DNA from: Eledone cirrhosa
Lineage: Eukaryota
Assembly (NCBI GenBank): GCA_964016885.1
Contig: OZ024748.1
Location: forward strand, 1,116,001 to 1,180,000
DNA: 64,000 bases
Direction of reading: 5' to 3'
Both the position numbers and the translations under genes were made by a program. Numbering within the stretch: position 1 is the first letter of the stretch; the number at the start of each line of letters is the position of its first letter. Of this stretch, positions 57,441 through 64,000 are shown piece after piece. The notes under the pieces were generated by a model that saw only the letters and a list, made by a program, of their open reading frames with translations, made no database searches and had not been told where the DNA came from.

Positions 57441-57944
57441 CTTTAAAGAATAGATTTATTTATTAACCACACGGAGTTGACATTAAGAAAACATTAAAGA
57501 CGGTACAGGGTGGTACATGGTGGTATATGGCGGTACAAAACGACACAGGACGACACAAGACGACACAGGGGGGTACAGGACGACACAGGACGGTACAGGG
57601 TGATACAAGACGACACAGGACGGTACAGGGCGGTACAGGGCGGTACAGGGCGGTACAGGGCGGTACACGGCGCTACATGATTGTGCATGACGATACAGTA
57701 GAGAAAGTGGGCCCCACGACCCCACGGTTCAACGGCTCCACGGATCCCCATCACCACGGTTCTACGGTTTACGGCTCCACGGCCCAATGGCACCACAAGG
57801 CGCATCACACGACCTACCCAATATAAAAGCTTAATACAACCAACGATGACGTGCTGTCTGTCCGTAACTGGATAATATATACAAGATGGCGAAGTAGTCT
57901 GTCAAGTCCCAACAAGAGAGTGGCTTTTAGTGAAAATTACTTAC

Positions 57945-58028
57945 ATACAACCACGGAAGATTGAACTTTTCCCGCCAGTAGATGACGTAACCAATACCAC
58001 GTCCTCCTTGGTCTTTAGGTTCCAGTTT
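57945..58028 (-). CDS. CNTN: Contactin-like exon, FN3-2 middle
   Basis: TTGTAG|KLEPKDQGGRGIGYVIYWREKFNLPWLY|GTAAGT; 84 nt, phase 0 to 0. Confidence 0.9.
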
Positions 58029-58149
58029 CTACAACACAATGGAAAGTAAATGCGCTAGACAGACATATAGGCACACCTACGTACATACATACATGCATAC
58101 ATACGTACATACATACATACATACACACATACATACATACTGACGTATG

Positions 58150-58714
<565 letters not shown>

Positions 58715-59266
58715 GGGTGATTGTGTAGTTGTTAGTTGAGTTAGGCTTAAAAATGGAATGAGAATAAGAAGAAATCAAGAATGGCGGTGGGGGAGGGGGG
58801 GTCCTCATCAGTTGTCTCCTGGGGATCTCGGATATTTCAACGGTTTAAAGACAATATATCTACCGCCCAGAGCGTTCAATAACTGGGTAAGTTATTGGGA
58901 AAACGGAGGAGGGAGGGAAGGAAAATAGAAGGGAAAATGGAAGCCTATATATATAAATATAGTTACAACTATGACATAAACTGGTACTTAAGTTTCGTTG
59001 GGTTCTGGACCCCAATTTATTTATACTAAACTTATCCTATGGACTGAGTGCTCTTACCCTTGGATAGTTCTGTCATATATATATGGATGATAAAAGGCAA
59101 AGTTGACTTCGGCGGTGTTTTTAACTCAGAGAGCAGAGAGCTGGAACGAAAACCACAAAATATTCTATCCGACGTTCTAACGACTCTGCCAATTCACCAC
59201 CTATATATTATTGTATTTTACTGTATAGGTGGTGAATTGTGTAAAATAACCAAACATATCTCTTAC

Positions 59267-59361
59267 TTTCCATGTTATTTTGAGAGTTCCAACTGAACCT
59301 CCTCCACCACCCACCTCTTCTGGAGCTTTATCTGGAGTATCTTCAGCTACTGAATAATACA
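59267..59361 (-). CDS. CNTN: Contactin-like exon, FN3-1/2 linker and FN3-2 start
   Basis: TTTCAG|(V)YYSVAEDTPDKAPEEVGGGGGSVGTLKITWK|GTAAGA; 95 nt, phase 1 to 0; the VGGGGG..G.L.ITW contactin signature. Confidence 0.95.
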
Positions 59362-59425
59362 CTGAAAATATAGAGAGAGGACAGATAGTGTTATATATGG
59401 GAGACTGTGATTGTAGCAGTACATC

Positions 59426-59482
<57 letters not shown>

Positions 59483-59493
59483 AAGAGATAGAT

Positions 59494-59550
<57 letters not shown>

Positions 59551-59602
59551 TAGAGAGAGAGAATTAGGTGTATGTATGTATATACATGCATGTGTGTGTC
59601 TG

Positions 59603-59635
<33 letters not shown>

Positions 59636-59840
59636 ATATATTATATATAAAGAGAGAAAGGGCAGTTTGTATATGTGTGTGTGTGAGAGAGAGAAAGAGA
59701 GAGAGAGAGAGAAAGCAAAGTTTACTTCGGCGGGAGTTGAATTCAGAGAAGAGAAAAGCATTTGTATCCGACGCTCTAACGACTCTGACAAATTGCCGCT
59801 TAAAGAATGATAAAGAGATTTAGTTAACCTAATTTGTTAC

Positions 59841-59981
59841 CTGATGGTAAACTCTCCGGTCCTCTTCCATGAAAGTTCGTTGTTTGTACTTTGAATGAAT
59901 ATTGTAGACCTGGGCTCAAATCATCGACAATAAAGGATCGCTGATATTTCGTTGAGTGGATGGTATTTCGATATGGTATAT
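59841..59981 (-). CDS. CNTN: Contactin-like exon, FN3-1 second half
   Basis: CTACAG|xIPYRNTIHSTKYQRSFIVDDLSPGLQYSFKVQTTNFHGRGPESLPS|GTAAC; 141 nt, phase 1 to 1. Upstream exons are not in the window. Confidence 0.9.
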
Positions 59982-60192
59982 CTGTAGAGGACATATAACA
60001 GTAACTAAATGGTATATCTGTAGAGGACATATAACAATAACTAAATGGTATATCTGTAGAGGAAATATAACAATAACTAAATGGTATATCTGTAGAGGAC
60101 ATATAACAATAACTAAATGGTATATCTGTAGAGGAAATATAACAATAACTAAATGGTATATCTGTAGAGGAAATATAACAATAACTAAATGG
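59973..60192 (-). repeat. 36-bp minisatellite (6 copies), each containing the exon's splice acceptor
   Basis: ATGGTATATCTGTAGAGGAMATATAACAATAACTAA starts at 59973, 60009, 60045, 60081, 60117 and 60153. Confidence 0.95.
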
Positions 60193-60577
60193 ATATAAAT
60201 GGTGTTGTAATTTGATTGAAACATTGCGGAATATAAGATACAAATACAAATAAGGATTAAGTTTGGTTATTTGGAAGCCTGACAATGAGTGTTTCGTAAA
60301 AATGGCAAGGTAATAAGAAAGTAGAAGAAGAAAAACAGAACATAGGGAAGTAAAGTAAATGAGTGGGCAAAAAGAAAGTTACCTTAGTCCTTTTTAATGA
60401 TTCCCAAATATTTTCAGATTTGCCATCCATTATCAAGAGGGAGTCCGTGGGATCTCAGAGAGAAACCTGAGAAATGAGTGAGCGGCTATTTGATTTTTTA
60501 TCGAAATACTTAACATGTAAACGAAACTTTATCGCTTTTTCTTAATATATATTTTTTTTTTCCATTACCATTATAAG

Positions 60578-60663
60578 GGGTCTAACGAGCCGCGGATTAT
60601 AGAGTCGGGTCAGATCGATACAGATCGAACCTTGAGCTGATCAGTGGCGAAACGCGCGTCACT
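60578..60663 (+). ncRNA. Hammerhead motif with G5A core change
   Basis: GGT CTAACGA GCCGC ... GTGGC GAA ACGCGCGT C ACT, then AATAAA; palindromic stem III. Confidence 0.65.
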
Positions 60664-60920
60664 AACCAATAAACGTAATGAAGGAGTAACCAATCGTCCT
60701 TGTTATTTTATTTCACTATAATACACTCTGTCTAGCTCTACACCTCGACACCGAAGTGAACCTAAACATCGAGTGCTCACCCGGCTGAACCTACAGTAAC
60801 TCCAAGTTACACTCCCTGGATATATATATATATTTATATATTAGCCTTCCACTCCACGCATCAGCCTTCTTAAAACTTTTTTTTTAAACTCCGATGTTCT
60901 AACCTTTTCGAAATCTCCAT

Positions 60921-60955
60921 TTCCCGAAGAAGGACCTTATGTCCGAAACGTCTAA
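60921..60955 (+). ncRNA. Degenerate minimal hammerhead (U4C, stem I lost)
   Basis: CCGAAGA a GGAC cttat GTCC GAAACGTC; same architecture as 5063-5098. Confidence 0.6.
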
Positions 60956-61033
60956 TCCTCTTGTACTTCTTTGTTTGTGTTTGGTATGTTAAAAATGTTA
61001 ACGTTTCGATATTAGAAATATCATTCTTCTTTG

Positions 61034-61135
<102 letters not shown>

Positions 61136-61397
61136 GTGTGTATTCGTTAAGATTTTGACATTTTGACGTTTTTTGTATTCTTTCATTTACACACATACAT
61201 ACATATATACATACACACATATATACACACACACATATATACATACATACATATATACATACATATATACATACATACATACATACATATATGCATACAT
61301 ATATACATACATATATACATATATACATACATATATACATACATATATACATATATACATACATTTATACATACATATATACATATATACATATATG

Positions 61398-62004
61398 GTG
61401 GCTGCCAACTCGTTTTCGAGTACGGCCACTACTTTATATCCATGTAGGAGAACTCCTACCGATGCGCTGAACGAATGTGACTTTTTAGTCCAGCCAGCGA
61501 CTTGAAAACTCTGGTACAAACACTACACTTGTGACCATTATTGACACATAGTGCTGGGCCCATGGTTCCATGTGACGACAAGTGCAGAGAGATCTCCAGA
61601 TATAAAGCAATGCCTGTGCCGTGAAGCTTTTATAGTGAGCAAAGGCACTGCACAAAGCCAGTCCCACTCTCTTAACCAAGATGATATTTACCAAAAAGAA
61701 GAACAAGTCAACATCATTGGATACCATCAGGGTTGCAGGTGTTATATCAGAGTTTTCCTTCTCCTAGAATTCTGCTTTGACAAAGGCTAAGGGGTCATCT
61801 CTCCCGGTGATTTTGGATGGCTATTGACTCTTAAGAGCTCCCTTGCCTTTTGACAGGTTTTGTTTTTAGTCCTGCAGGATGTCCAAAGTCACCCTCCTCA
61901 CCAAGAAACCTTGGTGGGGTTGCCAGTTTAGTCGCCAACGACCCGACCATGAGACAGGTTGTACTGGGATACATGTTACCAGTAGCACCAACTGGTGACC
62001 TGAC
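61398..62004 (-). mobile_element. ~600-bp non-autonomous bipartite RTE-derived element, longest copy; older relative at ~62420-62775
   Basis: RTE-5'UTR-like TCTAGGAGAAGGAAAACTCTGA joined to a C-terminal zinc finger [25 protein letters not shown] and a terminal hairpin; embedded in (TACA)n. Confidence 0.75.
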
Positions 62005-62045
62005 ATACATACATACATACATACATACATACATACATACATACA

Positions 62046-62078
<33 letters not shown>

Positions 62079-62168
62079 GATGGCTGGCCCCTCGTTATCG
62101 AGTATGGCCATTGCATGATATACATACATACATACATACATACATACATACATACATACATACATACA

Positions 62169-62201
<33 letters not shown>

Positions 62202-62275
62202 GATGGCTGCCCCCTCGTTATCGAGTATGGCCATTGCATGATATACCATTATTAATAATTATTAATTAATTCTAT

Positions 62276-62376
62276 GCCGAGGTTGACTTTGCCTTTCATC
62301 CTTACGGGGTCGATAAAATAAAGTACCAGTAATGCACTGGGTAATTGCTGGCCTTGTGCCAAAAGTAGAAACAATT
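62276..62376 (+). mobile_element. 5'-truncated Meta-domain SINE
   Basis: GCCGAGGTTGACTTTGCCTTTCATCCTTACGGGGTCGATAAAATAAAGTACCAG. Confidence 0.85.
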
Positions 62377-63246
62377 AATTAATTCTATCGTGCAATGCTT
62401 GTGCATGAAGATATTTTTTAAAGTGAGGAAAGACTGTGCACTGAGCCAATCCCAGTCTCTGAGCGACAGTAGCTATAACCCGAAAAGAAAAAAAGATTAA
62501 CATCATCGGTAACTACTGAGCCGCAGGTTTTATATCGGAGTCATCCCAGTTTCCTGAGTTTGCCTTCTCCTAGAAGAATGCCCTGACAAAGGTCCTTCAA
62601 AGGTCCTTCACTCCCAGCGGTTTAACCGTGCGGTACATGTGTATATACATTTTTACACATTTTCGGATGGCCGTTGACTCTTATGAGTTCTTCCGCCCTT
62701 TGTCAGGTTTCGTTTTTTGTCCTGCAGGGTCACTCTTGAGTGCTACTGGTAACATGTAACCCAGTACAACCGGGAATACTCTACGCCACAGACCACATCT
62801 TAAACAAAAAATCTGAGACAATTTCGGCTTGTAAACATAAATTGCACAAAACTTTCCTGTATTACAGCCCCACATTATACCCTAACGGATAGTACGATCT
62901 ATACGTGGATATTATCTTCGTTTTTTCCGTTCATTGCCAGAGAACATCTCTATGAACCACCTAAGAGAACATTAGTCTACGACTTCTTTTATACCATAAA
63001 CGTGGTTCTGTCTTTGCGCGTAATTGTTTTTCACCGCTCCTATTAATGACGTATTATATTCGTTTTTTCCCGTTCTTTGCCAGGGAACGTTTCCACGAAC
63101 CAAAGTATCGTCTTCCTGTCTTCCTCCGGTTACAACGTTTTTTTAAATATCCACTTCTGCGTTTACAGATTGACTTTGTTAGTTTCAGAAGATCCCGTTA
63201 AGGGAGAAAGCAGCGATTCTTTGCTTAAATTTAATCTGTTATTTTA

Positions 63247-63310
<64 letters not shown>

Positions 63311-64000
63311 GTTTGAAATCGATTCGTTTCGTTAGTTCAATGATTGATCTAGCGGAGAACAGGTAAAAAAATTATATTTTTACATAATTTATCTAAAATA
63401 CATTTGGTGGGGTGGGAGTTCTTGTAAAGGGGAGGAAGGATTGTTAGGCGGCAGGGGTGAGGGAAGGTAAAGCTATTGTCGTTAATGATATTGTAAGAAA
63501 ATGGAAGTAATTTAGCTTCCAGGTATGGTTGTACTAATTGTGGAATAATCTGTGATGTCTTAATTAGATTCTCTTTAAATTCTTTTTCTTAAAACCACCA
63601 CCCACCTATCATTCATCACCACCACCATCCACATACCACTATACACCACCACCACCAACCACCACCACCACCTCCATCCACATAACACTATCCACCACCA
63701 TGGTGATGGTTGTGGTGGTGGTGGTTATGGTGGTGGTGGTGGGGGAATGGTGGTGGTAGTGAATGTAGTGATGGTTGTGGTGGTGGTGGTGGTTGGGGAA
63801 CAGTGGTGGTGGTGGTGGTGAGAGAGGGTGTGTGTTATAAACGGCCCGTCGTTCTGCAACAGTGACAAGGGAATATATTTTAGGAAGTTTGGGTTTATTT
63901 TTTTTTTACCCGTTGGCACATCTTTTGTATGAAGATTTGACTATGGTTAGCTGGTGTAAGAGAGGGCGTGGGGGTGGTTGCTTTTACCTCCATACACACA

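Noticed and set aside
58800-58816. CTGATGAGGAC on the minus strand; similar halves at 46450-46465, 48826-48840 and 7933-7942
   Set aside because: Only the 5' half of a hammerhead is recognisable, so these were not counted.
60383-60467. Possible upstream contactin exon (TTTCTCAG ... AAG|GTAAC on the minus strand)
   Set aside because: All three frames from that acceptor contain a stop and there is no FN3 or Ig resemblance.
61920-62004. HDV-like ribozyme at the 5' end of the RTE-derived element
   Set aside because: I found P3/P4-like hairpins by eye but could not build a 7-bp P1 in the right order; it needs a descriptor search.

Overview
AT-rich, microsatellite-saturated animal genomic DNA; the SINE and LINE families suggest an octopod cephalopod (inference). 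The only clear host gene is the 3' part of a contactin-like, GPI-anchored Ig/FN3 adhesion gene on the minus strand: nine exons from 59981 down to 32404 that I joined by hand with consistent GT-AG phases, covering four FN3 domains (the first only partly) and a hydrophobic GPI-type tail after an ~18 kb last intron. Nearly all ORFs in the supplied track are microsatellite artefacts. The rest is tRNA-derived SINEs, RTE/CRE/R4-like LINE fragments, a hAT MITE, minisatellites and many (TA)n-embedded fold-back elements. Most notable: (1) at least ten minimal type I hammerhead ribozyme motifs of the Penelope-like-element kind (CUGANGA, stem II, GAAA, often palindromic stem III), three or four apparently intact, plus fold-back elements whose inversion point lies inside a hammerhead; (2) minisatellites that multiply contactin splice sites: six in-frame acceptors 36 nt apart, and three donors 34 nt apart whose distal use would remove the GPI signal; (3) two RTE copies with twin-priming-type 5' inversions; (4) tandem arrays of a SINE 5' end; (5) an orphan 119-aa ORF with gene-like signals. 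All structures and coordinates were read by eye; no searches were run.
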